64,000 nt of DNA from the human T2T-CHM13v2.0 reference genome, Homo sapiens: NCBI RefSeq assembly GCF_009914755.1, contig NC_060935.1. One strand, 5' to 3'. Of this stretch, positions 14,477 to 61,819 are shown one piece after another (position 1 is the first letter of the stretch; each line of letters begins with the position of its first letter). The notes below the pieces were generated by a model. That model was not told where the DNA came from. It searched no databases and saw only the letters and a program-made list of their open reading frames with translations. The translations under genes and the position numbers were made by a program.

Positions 14477-14814
<338 letters not shown>

Positions 14815-16516
14815 TCAGCCTTTAGTTTATCCTGCCTCAGAGACCCCGCCCCCTTCCCTAGCACCTACACATGCCTTGGGGCCCTCAGCCTCAGATGACC
14901 TGCCCTGGGCTCTCCAGTTACAGGGAGCAGAAGAGCCTTCCTTTGGGCTAGAAAGGTTCTGCCTGAGTGGGCTGACAAGCTGGAGGGAAGGGCGCTGTTT
15001 TTCTGTCTTCGTTACTGTCCTTTCCGGGTTTGGCTTCTCCTCTGGGAGTGTGGCTGCAGGAGCCTCCCATAGTGATATTGATGGAAAGGGGAAAGGTCAA
15101 GGTTTGGGTAGGAGGAAGAGGACTTCCCACCCAGTGCTAGGATGTGAGCCAACCTTTCTCAACCCAGTCCTTTTCCCTGTCTCTCCCAAACCTCACCTTC
15201 CCCCGACCTGGTGCCCCATTCTTTTTTTTTCCCTGTTCCCAGCTTCTTCTCCACTGGGGGCAGTTGGCAAAATGGAGCTGGAGAAAAGATCTGAAGGGGA
15301 TGTGTAGGGGGAAAATGAGACCATTTCACTTGAGTCTCCCCACTCCCTTTCTCAACACACATAAAAAACACACACAGGCTAGCTGTTGGTGAGAGGGCAG
15401 AGCTAGTGGCAGAGGTGGGGAGAGAAACTGAATTGATGGTGTGGGACAGGGAGAGGTGGATGCTAGGCAGGCAAGAATCCCTGCCAGTCTCTGCCTCTGT
15501 CTCCAAAGGCCAAGGGGAGTTGGGGTGGGGAGTGGGAGGCAAGGTGGGGCCCCCAGTGCAGGTGCGGCTGAGGGAAAAGGGCCTGAGTTTATTTTTGAGA
15601 CTAAAAAAGACACAAATGCTTTCACCAGAAACATTGTTCCTTTTTTTCCAGTAATCATTTATTGGGCGCCTCTTGAACGCCAGGCGATGCGAGACTGAAA
15701 ATGATCAAGTCCCTGCTCACATTTTTGGGATAGAGGTAGGAAGAAAGGGCAAGAAAGACTTAACAAACGGTGGAGATTCGAACGTATTATGGGAGCTCTA
15801 AGAAAGGAAAGGAAAGCGGGAGGAGGCTTAGTGGAGAAGACGACATTTGAGCCGGCCTGGAAGGTGGAAAAGGGGGCTTTAGAGTCGCCCTTCCCCCAGG
15901 TCGGCAGCTGGAGCTCAGCCCGGGCAGGCCTGCTGCTCTCCCGGCTTGGATCCCCTTTCAGCCCATTCATCCGGGCCTGGGCCGGGGGTGGGCGGGCAGA
16001 CAATCAGACACTGTTTTATCCCAGGCATCGGCTCCAGCCTCCCGCTTGGCGCCCGCAACGCGGGGCCGCCGGGGAAATGAGTCTCTCGGGACTCCCTGGG
16101 AGCGTAAGCGTTCGAGGATCTGACCGGAGGGCCGGGCCGGAAAGCTTGAGAGCCTTCGCTCCCGCAGGTGAGGCGCAGAAAACACTCCCTCGGGGAAGTG
16201 CCAGCCCTCCTCGCAGCCCCGCCCTCCGGCCCGCCGCCGGCCTTCGGGGCCGTAGCGGCGCGCAGGGCCCGCAGAGACCGAGACCTGCGCACTACAACTC
16301 CCAGGAGGCCTCGCGACCAGAACGCCGAGGGGCCACTAGAGAAAGGTGCGTCTGCGGCGAATCCCGTCGCCCAGCGCACGGCAGCGGGTGTGCCTGAGTG
16401 CGCGTCGCCTCCCAACCAGAGAGGACGTGGCATACGGCGCCACCGGAAGTTCCGGCAAGTGGGCCCTGAGGCTGGCCCCAGCTTCCGGGTTGGTCGCGCG
16501 CCTTCCTGCGGCTAAG

Positions 16517-32882
<16,366 letters not shown>

Positions 32883-33006
32883 GTCCCCTCACACTAGCCC
32901 TTTTTTTGGCCCTACGTCTGGATGCCTGGGCTTCACACAAGAACCACCTCTCCCGCAGTTCCCAAGGACTTGTCATTTCATGTTCTTATTTTAGACCTGT
33001 TTTGTA

Positions 33007-33012
33007 AATAAA
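33007..33012 (+). terminator. SF3B2 polyadenylation signal AATAAA
   Basis: AATAAA ~125 nt after the stop, preceded by U-rich/TGTA elements. Confidence 0.85.
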
Positions 33013-34605
33013 GCTGTTTCCCAAGGAAAGAGATGAATATTTAACACTCCTGAGCCTCCCTCATCTCCTTTTAGCCCCTTCTTGCAAAAGGACTAAAATA
33101 GTCTCTTTCTACAATCACTGGGCTGCCCCAGTAACCACGAACATAAACTGGGATTAGACGGCGCATTTGACTGGTGGTGACGCCAACCCCAGGCTGAAAT
33201 CTGTGTTTCACCACTGCCCTGCTTTGTAGGAAGGCTTGGGGGAAGTACCTCTAGGTCTGGTTTGACCTTACTACTTTGTCCTTGGGGAGTAAAAATAGCC
33301 AGATTAGCGCCCTAGCGCGGCAGAGGAAGTAACAGTGGGCTTGGGAAGTAGGCCAGGGCAGGCCTTCCCAACTGACCTTGTGACCAGAAGTTCAAGTCCT
33401 TACCTGTGCGACAACATAGCTCAAAAGCTAAATTGTCTTGAGTCCATATGAACCCTTGGGTTCAAGCAACACTAGTCGCTGGGGTTTGGGATTTGTATGT
33501 GGGATGGGGGGACTTACTTTCTCCAGGTTGTAATCTGGTCCTGAGCAGCCTTTCTGACAGACTAGAGCAGGCTGGATCACTGGCTCCCATGGGCATTTGC
33601 CAGCCTGTGGGGAGGGTAGTCATGCGCTGCTGTTGTACTACTGTTGGTGTTTAAGTGCACCAGTGGAGGCGCTCACTTGCCGGAGGGTTCAAGATGGTCT
33701 CGGGGTTGTGGGGGGCATGATCCAGATAGGACGTGGCAGCTGAGCTAGGCCTTAGGAGGAATGGAATTTTAGAAATTTGGTAAGCAACAAAGCACTGGCA
33801 CTCTAAAGAGGCATTTGGGGGGTAGGGAAAGAAGAGGAAGGTTGGCTCCAGATGGGCCCCGGGGTAGCTTGAGAATTCACTTATGCGAAGAACCTTCTGG
33901 ACTCCAGGTCCCTGAGCCCCCGCTTGCCCTCGGGGCGGGAACTTCCCGGATCACAGGCACCCGCGGTGGCAGCGGGCCCCGGGTCTCCGCCGACCTCTCT
34001 GTTTGCCGGGGCCGCAGGGCAGGGCTAGGTCGGCAGGCGGAGAGCCGGCTTCCCCGGGCAGACCCCCACCGCTGGGGGCGGGTTCCGCATTGGCTCCGAA
34101 GACCCGAGGGGCCGAGGCGCGCTCCCGCGGCGGCCCCCTCCCTGCAGGGACCGAATCCCGGAAAAGCCGGGTTTCCGCTGGCGGGGCCGCGGCCGGCCGT
34201 GGGCGGGGAGGGGAGGAGCGGGGGCAGACTGGCAGCGGATTTGAGGGCAGGACCCGTGGGCGCGTGCTGGCCACAGACCACCCCTTCTACTCCGCGGGAG
34301 CGAGGGGCGCGCGTGGCTGCACGCAGGGCGCGAGCGCGCCCGGCGCGGCCCCTCCGCGCTGGGTGGGGCCGCGCGGGCCGGGCTCCCCGCCCCCTCCCGG
34401 ACACGCCCACCCGTGTCGGCCTCGCGAGCCGCAACAGGCAGCGGCGGTCGAGCGCGAGGCCCGCGCGCCCAGAGGCCCCGCGCGTGCGTGCAGCTCGCTG
34501 GCTGCTCGCGCTCGGGCAGGCGGGCTGAGGAGGCTGCCGCGCCCCCGCCGCCGCCGCCGCGGGGGAAGCCTGGGAGCCAGATCGGCGTCGCCTCGGCCTC
34601 CGTAA

Positions 34606-34980
<375 letters not shown>

Positions 34981-37889
34981 TGAGCGCGGGAGGGTGCGGC
35001 GGGGCGCCGGGGGAGCGGGGTGGCCGCCGGGGCCCAGCCCTCCCCGCCCCAGCGCCCATGGGGTCCCCGCCCTCCATCTCCCCGACTGTCCCGCGGCCCG
35101 GCCTGGCTCCAGCCAGGCCTCCCGGGACTCCTGCCACGGGGACCCGCCCTCTCCTGGCAGCCCCACCTTCTGCCTGGGGCCGGGACCACCCTTCTGTCCT
35201 CCCCGAGGGACCTTCTGGCCTCGGCCCCGGGCTTTCTCCGATTGGGCTGACCGAATCCGGCCTTCCTGGCAGTCAGTTTCCCTGAGTAAGTCACTCTCCT
35301 GCCTCGCCGGCGCCGGGAGCTGTACATACATGGATGTGGTATAGATCTCTTGATATTATTATTTCCCAATAGACTCAGCATGTGCCAAACTCGATTGTCA
35401 CCTCTTGCAGGTAAAGCTCATATAATCACCCTAGGGGCTTCTCATTAGCCTTCGGCACACATGTTCATTTGAACTTCATATTACACACGTTCTGTCCCAA
35501 GCGCTAGGCTCTTAGTTTTGGGGCCCTATTTAATGTGTCCTCAAGTGTATTTTTACCTCCCCTCCCCCACTAAAACTGGTCCCAGAATCTCCCAGCTCTG
35601 CAGGGCTGTATGAAATTACTGCCTTGTTCCTAAATTCAATCCATTGCTCTCTGTCTCTTGGAACCATCTGGGGACTTTCCTTCCATTGGCAAAATAGGCC
35701 TGAGTTTGGGAATATTTTCTGTTTTTGTATTGGCAAGGCAGTCTGTCTCCAACTCTGGGGACAGGGTGCTGTGTCTTACAGTTTGCCACTTGAATAAGAC
35801 GGTGTGTGGAGCTGGTTTCACCCAGAAAGCCCAGAGAAGTGCCTGGAGGTGTTCTTTTTTGTCACCTTGTAGCTGAGTTGATTCTGTTGCCTTGAAGTCT
35901 TGGGCTGTCTCCTCACTGTTGGTTAGGCAGACGGATGTGTAAGTCAGAGTTAGAGAGGATTGCTGGGCTCCCCCCTCGACTGTCTTCCTTTCCCCACCTT
36001 TATTCTGGATAATATTGTTTTATATATATATCCCAGATAGGAATGATGAGAGTACATCTTTCTGTTTCGCTCAGCTTAAGGAACAGAGCATTATCGCTTC
36101 TGTTGAAGCTCTCAGGGTGCCCCTTCCTGACTGTCTCCCCTCTTCCTTCTACAAAGGTAAACACTATTTTGAATTGTGTTTATCATTTCCCTTGTTAGAA
36201 AAAAATTAGTTTTACTACATAATGCATCTCTATATATTTTATAGTTCTGAATGTTCTTGAAGTTTGTGTACATGGTGTCATCCTGTATGTGTTCTGTGAC
36301 TTGATTGGTTTTTTTATTTTTTTTTAAATCAGCATTAGGTTTGTGAGAATCATCCATGTGGTATGGTAGCCATAGTTTAAATATTTTCATGATGGGTAGT
36401 ATTCTGTTGTGTGAATGAATATACCGTAATTCTCTTGAATATGTAGGTTGTTTCCTGTTTAACACCCACAGTAATGCACACATTTCCCCCCAGGACTCCT
36501 AGTGCTCTTGTGCAGAAGTTTCTTTAGGTTGTATTCATATGGAGGGGTGGGATTGCCGCTCGCAGGGTATAGATCTGGGACTTCACTAGGCAAAAGTAGA
36601 TTGTTTCCACAGGCTGCTTCCACTCTGTGTTTCCACATCACTTAACAGATTTACACATTGTTTTTTTTTTCTCTGTCCTTTCTCTAGGGAAATCAGGAGC
36701 CACATTAATTTAGTTTGCTGTGGCCAGATCCATAGCACAACACCAAGCTCAAGCGAGAGTTGAGTATGTGATGGTGTTCCTCTCTTGATCCTAAGCAGGC
36801 CTCTCTCTTTCTATACAGGCCCATCTATCGCTGAAGTATCCTAACCCACCTCTTTCACACATAGAAACACTGTGTTCCTTCCTACGTGGGTCCAGTCTTT
36901 CCCATTTCTCCTTCACTTTCATGCCTGTGTTTGGTGACGTTTGGGCAGCTGCCTTCTCCATCTCGTTAGGTTGAAAAGGCGCGAGCCTACTGGCAAGGAG
37001 CTGCAGCAGAGGGGCGTGAATGAAATCATTGACTGCTGTTGATGTTTGGTCTGCCCCTAGGTCTTTTGGTCACTGCAAAGTCCACGTAATAAATTATTAG
37101 CCTAAGAAACAGCCAGGCATCCTGATCAAATGTATAATTATTATGCTAACTTGCTGTGAGAGGCTTAGGCGGACTTATTTTTACATTCCGGGAGTGTGCA
37201 GTTACGTCACGTTTACTGACCAGTCCTTGAGCTTGTCCACTGTCCTGCTCCGACATTGTTTTCCATCCATCACCCTTGTACCTCCTCACTCCTTGTGGAA
37301 CACATGTGCTCTTTGAGCATTTTGCAGGCCAGAATAACACTCTGTGGGGAGAAAATGGCCTGCCATTGGTCTTTCCAATTATTAGAGTCATCTGGTTAAT
37401 TTGAGGTCTCCTGGGTGTCCTTGTTCATGTTGTTTAGAATATATAGGCAACATGCAGCACTCTGTGGAGGGATTAACATTCTTGTCTCATGTAACTCAAA
37501 CGGGACACAAATATATGAGATACATGCCCCTTAGAAATGTAAACATGATTGTGGATCTAAGGTTAGGTGTGCATAAGAATGTCATGGGATTTGGTCTCTT
37601 AGGGCAGAGAAGAGGGGCTCGAACAGTACAGTGTTAGGAAGGTCCTGCTGCTTTTCTTGATGCCTGTCAAAATATAATTTTCTTTTGAAAAAAATACCGT
37701 TTCCTGTATTAGATATTTAAATAAAGAGCAGTGTAGTTGTTCTTCAGGTAGGTGTCTGCTCTTATTTAACATCTGTTAAATTCCCCCAGAATACATAGTA
37801 CTTTTGAAAAACTTTATATAGGTGAATAGCTTACTCACAGCTGGTTTTAAAAGAATGAAATTGTTCTGTTGATCACATTTTTCACCAGC

Positions 37890-43340
<5,451 letters not shown>

Positions 43341-45087
43341 TGAAACATTGTGTGTGTTTGTGTGTGAGTATGTGCACTTCTGTATCTGTCTGTGAGTTTT
43401 CTTTTGTTCCTCTTGGTAGGTGAGACATTCTTTGTAGCAGGTTTTTTTTTTTTTTTTTTTTTAATAGTTTATTGCTGGGAAAAGGTCTGGGTAAAAAAAA
43501 AAAAAGTTTAGAACACACTAAGGCTTGGGGCATCAGTCATCATTTACTGATCCCTCCTCACTAACCTTTTCCTGCCTCTTGTTTACAAACACCAAATGGC
43601 TTCAGGGTTTAGGGAGCAGCTTTTCCCTTCTGTTTTTCTGTTTTATGGTACCTCTCAAACACATTGCATTGTAATCCCTCCCAACCTCTGCCACCTTAGT
43701 CCTTCCCAGAAAGTAACCACTAGTGGCAGTTCAGAGTGATATTTTAAAATGAAAATCAGAACTTGTCACACCCCCTCTATAATCTTCCAGTTCATTCATT
43801 CAGCAAAAGCTTATAGACCAGCTGATATGTGCCGCAAGCAAAATCCTTGATCTCATGAAGTCTGCATTCTAGTGGGTGAAGATAAGAGACACCATCCAGT
43901 AACTTTCCGTCATACTTAAAAAAGATCCCCTTTTCATGGTTCAGGAGATGCTAAACGATGCAGCCCCTTCCCATGTCTTTGACCTCACCTTTGCGTTCTC
44001 CCCTTGTTCCTGCGGTGGGTCACCCTCGCCTTAGGGCTTTTGCACTTGCTGTTCCCTCTACCTGTGATACCCTTTCCCTGGATCCTTGGATCGCTGAGAC
44101 TAGCTCCTGGGTATCATTCAGCTCTTCACTGACCTGCTACCTTGGAAGGCTGTCCTCACCTGCCCAACCCCTTCTGGGAGTTTATAAAGCTACTTCACAC
44201 CTACTCGCCATTACTGGAAATAATCTTGTTCCTTTATTTAGTTACTTTATAGATGCTCAATAACTACATTTGTCAAATCAATGACACTGATTTTCCTATA
44301 GTGTTTTATAATGTTTATTGAATGACTATCTGTTATGCACAATTCATCCATTCACCAAATATTTACTGAGTGTTTCTGTGTGCCAAGCACTGATCTAGGC
44401 TCTGGAGAAGCAGCAGCAGACAGGCTGACAAAGTCCATTCTCTCCCGGGGTGTGCTTTCTGGTGGGGGTGACAGATGAGGAACAATTATATTGTTATATC
44501 TGTGATAAATGGTCAGATAGCGAGTAGGGTCACAAAGAATAGTGTGGTGGGGAACTGAGTGTGGGGGGAAAGGCTGTCTTGGTGAGGGAGGGCCTCTGGT
44601 AAGGTGACAGTTGCGCTGATGCTCGCTGCAGTGAAGCTGATGACCAGAGCATTTACTGTGTGCCACAAAACTGCCAGAGCCAGGTGCTACGATCCCTTTT
44701 CTCAGAAGGGAAAATTGAGGCCCTGTGAGGTGAAGGCATTTTTTTAAGACTACACAGTTTAAAAGTGGGCGGGGCTGGAATTTGTCTCATGACTCATGAT
44801 TGCCAGACACCAGAGCCGTTTCTGTGTTTAAACTTGGTCCCCCAAGCCCTGTCTGGTTCTCATAGCTGACAAATAATATTTAATGCCTTATTCTTTGCCA
44901 GCTGGAATTACAAAACACTGCTCAATTTCCATCATAGACAGCGAGAGGCTGTGTGGTATAGTGGCTGTGAGTGTGGGTTCTGGAGCCAGTCAGGTCAGAT
45001 TTTACTATTTGAGTGACTCTGGACAAGTTTTTAACCTCTATAATGCTTCAACTTTTCTCATCTGTAAATGGGCATAATAATTGTCCC

Positions 45088-47025
<1,938 letters not shown>

Positions 47026-48089
47026 CTATGTTCATAGAAATCATGACCTTCACATCTTTGAGGAGTGTCAGTGAAACTATGAATATGATGGTATAATATT
47101 TATACTGCAGCAGCTCTCATATCAGCCACCTTTTACATTGTCTTCACAAGCAGGTTTTTGTTTGGTACTTTAAATCACAGGCGATGGAATGGGGCAGTGT
47201 AATATGCCTTAAGTCTATTGTTTATGAAATTATGTCCTCAGAGTTAAAATATGTAGAAAGTAGTTGACAGCATTCTGTCATCTCTCCCATGCACTGCTTT
47301 TGCTGTGGATGAAAATGAATAAGCAACTCTGGAAACCAAGGTCCTCTGGGAACATAAAAACTCCTGTGGCTATTAATGGATTTAATTGTATTTCCTCTCT
47401 GCCACCAAGATATGCAATAAATTGTTTATGCCCTTGCCGTTAGTGGGGAGAATTGTTCATTAAACGCATGTAATGTCATTATTGCTTTGTTTTTATTACT
47501 TGTAGGTAGTCCTATCTCTCCTTTTAAAAAAAGTATAAAAAGAATGGCCGTAATTATTAAACACTGGCCATTAATCCCTTTGGTTGACTTTTTCCTCCAT
47601 GGAGAAAAAGGAAAGTATCATCTCACTGGGGAAGCAAGCTTGGGCTGGAAATGGGTCATGGTCTCCCAAATCTAAGATCTGGCAGAAGGTTGGTTTTGTA
47701 TGCTTTGGACTTGGGCCAAGTGATATGTTTACTTAGGCTCCAGAAGGGCCTGGTTCTAAGGCAGCCACACTGATAAATGAATGCCTTGTATCAAGTGTGG
47801 AGAGGCTTCATTATATTTAAATCCACTTAAGAGAACAGCTATAGAAGAATGACTGTTTAGGACTGTGGCTCTGTTTTCTTGTTTGTCATTTAGATATTTC
47901 TGCCAATTATAATAAATGTGGAGGAAAAAAAAAGCCAGCAAATTGCTATAGTCTCTTTAAAACCATGTGCCAGAAATGCTTTGACATTAAAGTTTGATTT
48001 CTCACTTGGCTTTACCCCACCATGTGGGTTTGGATAAGTCTTTGTAACTCTTCCTGCACATACCTTTACTGTTTCCTCATTTAGTTGAA

Positions 48090-48840
48090 AGATACTTATT
48101 GAGCACACATTACAGACCAGTCACTGCTTGGATACTGAGGAGAGAGCAGTGAACAAAACAGACAGAAATTCCAGCTCTTGCGGAGCTTACCTTCTGGGGA
48201 CAGGGTGGGCAGCAGGCAGTAGTGAGTGAGTGAGCAAATATTAGGGTGTGTTGGACGGGAAGAATAAAGCTGGATGGGGATAAGTGGGCAGAGGAAAGAG
48301 GTCACGGTTTTAAACAAGGTGGTCTAGAAAGACCTCAGAAAGCGAGCCGGCCACATGGAACACACATTTAGGTAAGCTGGGTGCATTTTATGGGATGAGG
48401 CCCCCCAGTAGAGGGAACAAGAAGTACTGGCAGGTTCCAGAGCATCCAGGAGGCCAGTTTGGCTGGAGCCAGGTGAATTAAAGAGAGAGTAATGGATAAA
48501 GTCAGAGAGGTAAAACAGGTGATCTCACAGGCCATTGTGGGACTCTGGCTTTGATCTTGAGTGAGATGGGAGGTCACTGGGGCTTTTGAGCCAGCGAGGA
48601 GGCATGATGGTCACTTCCACCCTAAAAGAACCCCTGACCACTGTGTGTGGAAGCAGGGAGTCCGGTCAGGGGGCTGCTGTGATGATCTAGGTGGGAGCTG
48701 ATGCTGGCTTGGACTAGGGTGGTGGAGGTGGAGATGAGAAAGTGGTGGGAGTCTGGGCATATTGTCAAGCCTGAAGGATTTGCCTATGGATTGGATTTGA
48801 GGTGTGACAGAACAAAAGGATTCAAGGATGACACCAATAG
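48090..48840 (-). mobile_element. L2 fragment
   Basis: tattgagcac, gtgaacaaaacagaca, gatgggaggtcactgg motifs. Confidence 0.7.
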
Positions 48841-50275
48841 TTCATTTAACTTCTTTGTGTCAGTTTTCTGTTTGTTTTCTTTAAAAATAATTATTGTCGT
48901 CTCTTTATCTTAGCGACTTTCTGTGAGAATGAGATCTGTGTAACAGAGCTCTTGAGGGAGTTTTTTTTGTTTCCACTTTTACCATTTGTAATTAATTGGA
49001 AATAAAATTTCTTGGGAATGTACTGGGTGATAGAATAATCCATAGGTTGGCACCTGATTGTTTTAAAAACCTGGATGAGTTCTTCTTATGCTTTAGGCCA
49101 CAGTGATGCTGTGGGAATGGCTGAGTCTCAATATCCCTAATTACTCTGCTGTTGTGTTTGCTGTCTGGTGTCCCCTCTGCAATCCTTATTTATTTGATGG
49201 TTTCCAAAGAGGTAGATTGCAGAAGCCATTAATAACTGTAACCCCATAGCCTTTGTCACTAACGCAGCGAAATAGAAAAGTCCAAAACATCATGTTTTTT
49301 TCTTTTTTAATATTTTTTCTTTTCTAATGTAACTGTAAGAGTTTTTTTCTTTTTTGAAAGACTGGTTTGCTGTATCAGACAGCCTGTCTGCACTTCCTAG
49401 GAGCTGCTCTGTGAGGAGGAATCCTGCTGCAGAATGATCTAATTTGTGTAATCTTGAAGGTGGAGCTATTTTTGAAAGAGAACAGAAAAATAATGGAGCC
49501 CTTTGCTCAAGATTGCCAAACTGGATCTTACTGTTTTATAAAGGCAAAGGACTCAGAGTTTGCAGTTTGAACTCCTATTTCCCTCTCGTTCTGCTCATTA
49601 TATCTAGATCAAATTTATGATAGATATACTTAGATAATTACTCTTGAAAATGACAGCTGGGTTTTCATTTGTTTCTTTCATTCGTTCTTTTACATTTTAG
49701 TTAAGTATATTATTCAACTTGTGGTATTGATGAAGTGAGTAGTATAAAAGAATAGTTACCAAGTTTAGGAATTAGAATTCTCTTTACAGTTCTTAACAAT
49801 AGACTGATGGTTTGTAACTAGTTCTCAACCCTGTCATACCCTGTGACTCCCTTTAATATCCTGAAATAAAATTCCCAGATAAAATCTACTGACCTGTCTA
49901 CAAAGTCTTAACTGTAATATGAAAGAAAAATAAAAGGAACATTATGGTAATAAAATATGTATTTCTGTGTAAATTCTCAGAAGACAAATGTAAATGCTCA
50001 CAGCACATTGGAAACTGGAGCCATCAGGTGCTTGTGGGTACACGTGGCTTTATTTGTGTGAATATGACACCTATAAATAGAGGCCAATACAGGTGTATTG
50101 TGTTGGTCACTCAGATATGTAGCAATGCCACTGGCGATATGATTTTCTAAAATGGTGAATAAATCTTCATAAAGTTCTACACAAAACAAAGTATAATCTT
50201 TCCCTTATTTACATAGTAGTTACATTCCTGGAAAATTTAGTGTATATTTAGTGGTGAAAAAATGCTTATGATTTC

Positions 50276-50577
50276 TTTTTTTTTTTTTTTTTTTTGAGAC
50301 GGAGTCTCGCTCTGTCGCCCAGGCTGGAGTGCAGTGGCGCGATCTCGGCTCACTGCAGGCTCCGCCCCCCGGGGTTCACGCCATTCTCCTGCCTCAGCCT
50401 CCCGAGTAGCTGGGACTACAGGCGCCCGCTACCTCGCCCGGCTAATTTTTTGTATTTTTAGTAGAGACGGGGTTTCACTGTGTTAGCCAGGATGGTCTCG
50501 ATCTCCTGACCTCGTGATCCACCCGCCTCGGCCTCCCAAAGTGCTGGGATTACAGGCGTGAGCCACCGCGCCCGGCC
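50276..50577 (-). mobile_element. Young AluY (Ye5/Yk-like)
   Basis: Nearly all CpGs intact; gaaccccggggggcggagcctgcag variant on the Alu strand. Confidence 0.9.
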
Positions 50578-51099
50578 TGTAAGATCTCTTTAGGTCTAGG
50601 CTGAGATAGTTATAAACTGCTTTTTACTTAGATGATGTGTCTGGCAGGGCCAAAGGCCGATTTGTTATGAACCTGATGAAGCTTTTAAGTTTTAGGGCCC
50701 TGTACATGCACAGGCTACTTCCAGGGCCCTAATTAGAAAAACAAAAGCAAAAACACCTTTTTTCTTTTCCCTTGAGACAGGGTCTCATTCTGTCCGCCAG
50801 GCTGGAGTGTAGTAGTGTGATCTCAGCTCATGGCAACCTCCGCCTCCCAGGCTCAAGTGATTCTCGTGCCTCAGCCTCCTGAGTAGCTGGGATTACAGGC
50901 ACACACCACCATGCCTGGCCAGTGTTTTAATTTTTTTGTAGAAATGGGGTTTCACCAAGTTGGTCAGGCTGATCTCGAACTCCTGACTTCAAGTGATCCA
51001 CCCACCTCTGCCTCCCAAAGTGCTGGGATTACAGGCGTGGGGCCGGCCCCAAACACCTTTTGAGCACGTTTTCAGGGCCTTCTGAGGCTGTGTCATGGA

Positions 51100-53170
<2,071 letters not shown>

Positions 53171-53864
53171 AGGACTCTTTTTTAAGCTGTAGGCCCTACA
53201 AAACCTCATTCTATCCCTGGGCAGAATGTTTTCACTCACATGAATGTTGAAAATCATGTGGGAAGCTAGTCATTTCTTAATTGTGCAGGACTCGAAGGTT
53301 CCCACAACTGTGGGTCGTAGGATGTTTGGCATTCTTATTTTTCCCACCACTGAATGTCAGTGAATTCTCAATCATTGTGACAACCCCAGAGACATTACCA
53401 CCACCATCATTCTTTTGAGACTCAATTGTTAAAGACATTTTGCTCTTATTATGACAGTTATTATAGTTCATAAATGTAAGCATGCTTGAATGTCCCCAAG
53501 TGCGTGTGATTTTTTTGCAGGAAGAGACCTAAAATAAGTCAACAGTTTCAAGTGTTGCCATTTATTAATACAACCTAGACTTTATAAAAATTAGCAAACA
53601 GTTAATCTTTACAGACTTCTGCTTACAAGCTTCCTGGTAGAGTGGATTGAACGCTGGACTTGGAACCAGAAGAATTAAATCCTTCTTTTAGCAATTAGAA
53701 ACTCTGTGATTTGGGGTCTATGACCTTTTGCAGCTCAATCTTCTCCTCGAAATAGAAATAAGTAAATATAACTATCTAGCTGACTACTCAGAGTTCTTGG
53801 GAAGAACAGACGAGACAACTTATAAATGCTTTGTATCTCAGAGCACCATAGAAATGCCATTGGT

Positions 53865-54231
<367 letters not shown>

Positions 54232-54320
54232 TTACCAAGAGGAAACCTCCTAAATAGTTTGGATCCATCCAGTTTGGGGTTCTTTGAACATGGACACTTT
54301 AGCCATAACTTACAGAAAGT

Positions 54321-54731
<411 letters not shown>

Positions 54732-55647
54732 TAAAAGTGTGTGTATGTAGGAAGGCAACAAGAGCACTGATCTGTTGGGATTCCTGTGTCTTAATTCTGA
54801 TTTTCTAAATGAAAGTAGGCAAACCACTCACTTTCCAGACCCTTCATTGTCTTACTGCTTAGAAATGCTCTGAGGAGAAAGATAGAATCACTAAAGAGTT
54901 TTATGTTCCTCAGTGAAAGGTATCAGATGAATATAGGTGATATATTATTATAATTAGATTTTCTTTCATATAAATGCACGATAACCCTGACTTTCCAGCC
55001 AATGGATTGAGAAATCCTTGGCCTGTTAGTGGATAAAAAGATAATGAGAACTTGGAATGTAAGTTGTGAAGAAGGGATACAGTTTTTACAATTTTAATAT
55101 GGAATATGCCTAATACTAATAAAATATTGAATTTCAATATGATTTCTCCACCCCAGTAAATCTTAGTCTCTTTAATTAGCATTACATTTAGCATACAGAT
55201 TCTTAGAAAAGACAAATGCTCCTTTTAATTGTGTTTTTGTTTCATTTGAAGTTTCAGCATTTGATTACTTTCCTCCCTGGTTTGTTTTACTTATTTATTT
55301 TTTTGAGACAGACTCTCACTCCAGCCCAGGCTGGAGTGCAGTAGTGGATCTCAGATCACTGCAACCTCCGCCTCCCAAGTTAAAGTGATTCTCAGGCCTC
55401 AACCTCCCGAGTCTCTAGGATTACAGGTGTGTGCCACCACACCAAGCTAATTTTTGTATTTTTAGTGGAGACGAGGTTTCACCAAGTTGTCCAGTCTGGT
55501 CTTGAACTTCTGAGCTCAAGCAGTCCACCCACCTCGGCCTCCCAAAGTGCTAGGATTACAGGCATGAGCCACCACGCCCAGCCTGGTTTTATTTTTTGGT
55601 AGTCCAAATTCCCCAGTAGTTTTTTTTCTCATTGTTGTTGTTGTTGT

Positions 55648-61129
<5,482 letters not shown>

Positions 61130-61259
61130 CCATTTTCATTTCTTTGGGGGTACATATGTTGGAGTGGAATGGTGTGTCTTAGAGTAGGTGTATGTTTAAA
61201 CTTTGTAAGAAACTGCCAATTTTTTCAAAGTGATTGTATCAGTTTGCATTCCCACTAAC

Positions 61260-61819
61260 TGAGGCAGACAGATTCTGAAGTGGCCCCCATGATAAATACC
61301 CCCTGGTATTTATGGCCTAGTAGTCCTGTGCCCTTGGGTGCAGGTGGGACCTGTGATTGACTCCTCACTGATAGAATATGGCAGAGGTGACAGGATGTGT
61401 ATGGTCATGCATACCTGATTATTCCCAGTCAGATCGTAATGCTCATCTTGTGAGGAGACTCTCTCCCTTGCTGGCTTTGGTGCTGTGTTGTGAGCTGCCT
61501 ATGGAGACGGCCCTGTGGCAGGGAGCTCAGGGCAGCTTCAAACCCACAGCCAGCAAGAGACTGTGGCCCTCAGTCCAGCAGCCCACAAGGAATTGAGTGT
61601 TGCCAACAACCATGTGTGTTTGGAAACAGATCCTATCCCACTCAGTTCTCAGATGAGACCATAGTCTCAGCCAGTACCTTGGTGGCACCTTATAGAGGAC
61701 CCAGCTAAACTGTGCCTGGGCTTTTGACCTATAGAATCTGTGAGATAATAAACATGCATTAGTTTAAGCTGCTGCTAAGCTTTGCTAGTATTATTATGCT
61801 ACAGTGGATAACTAATACG
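61260..61819 (+). mobile_element. MLT1E/F-type MaLR solo LTR inserted in an old L1
   Basis: cagcccacaaggaattga, tctcagatgagacca, gtgagataataaa, ataactaatac end. Confidence 0.78.

Noticed and set aside
33305-33326. Possible CTCF insulator between SF3B2 and PACS1
   Set aside because: Three core mismatches to the consensus
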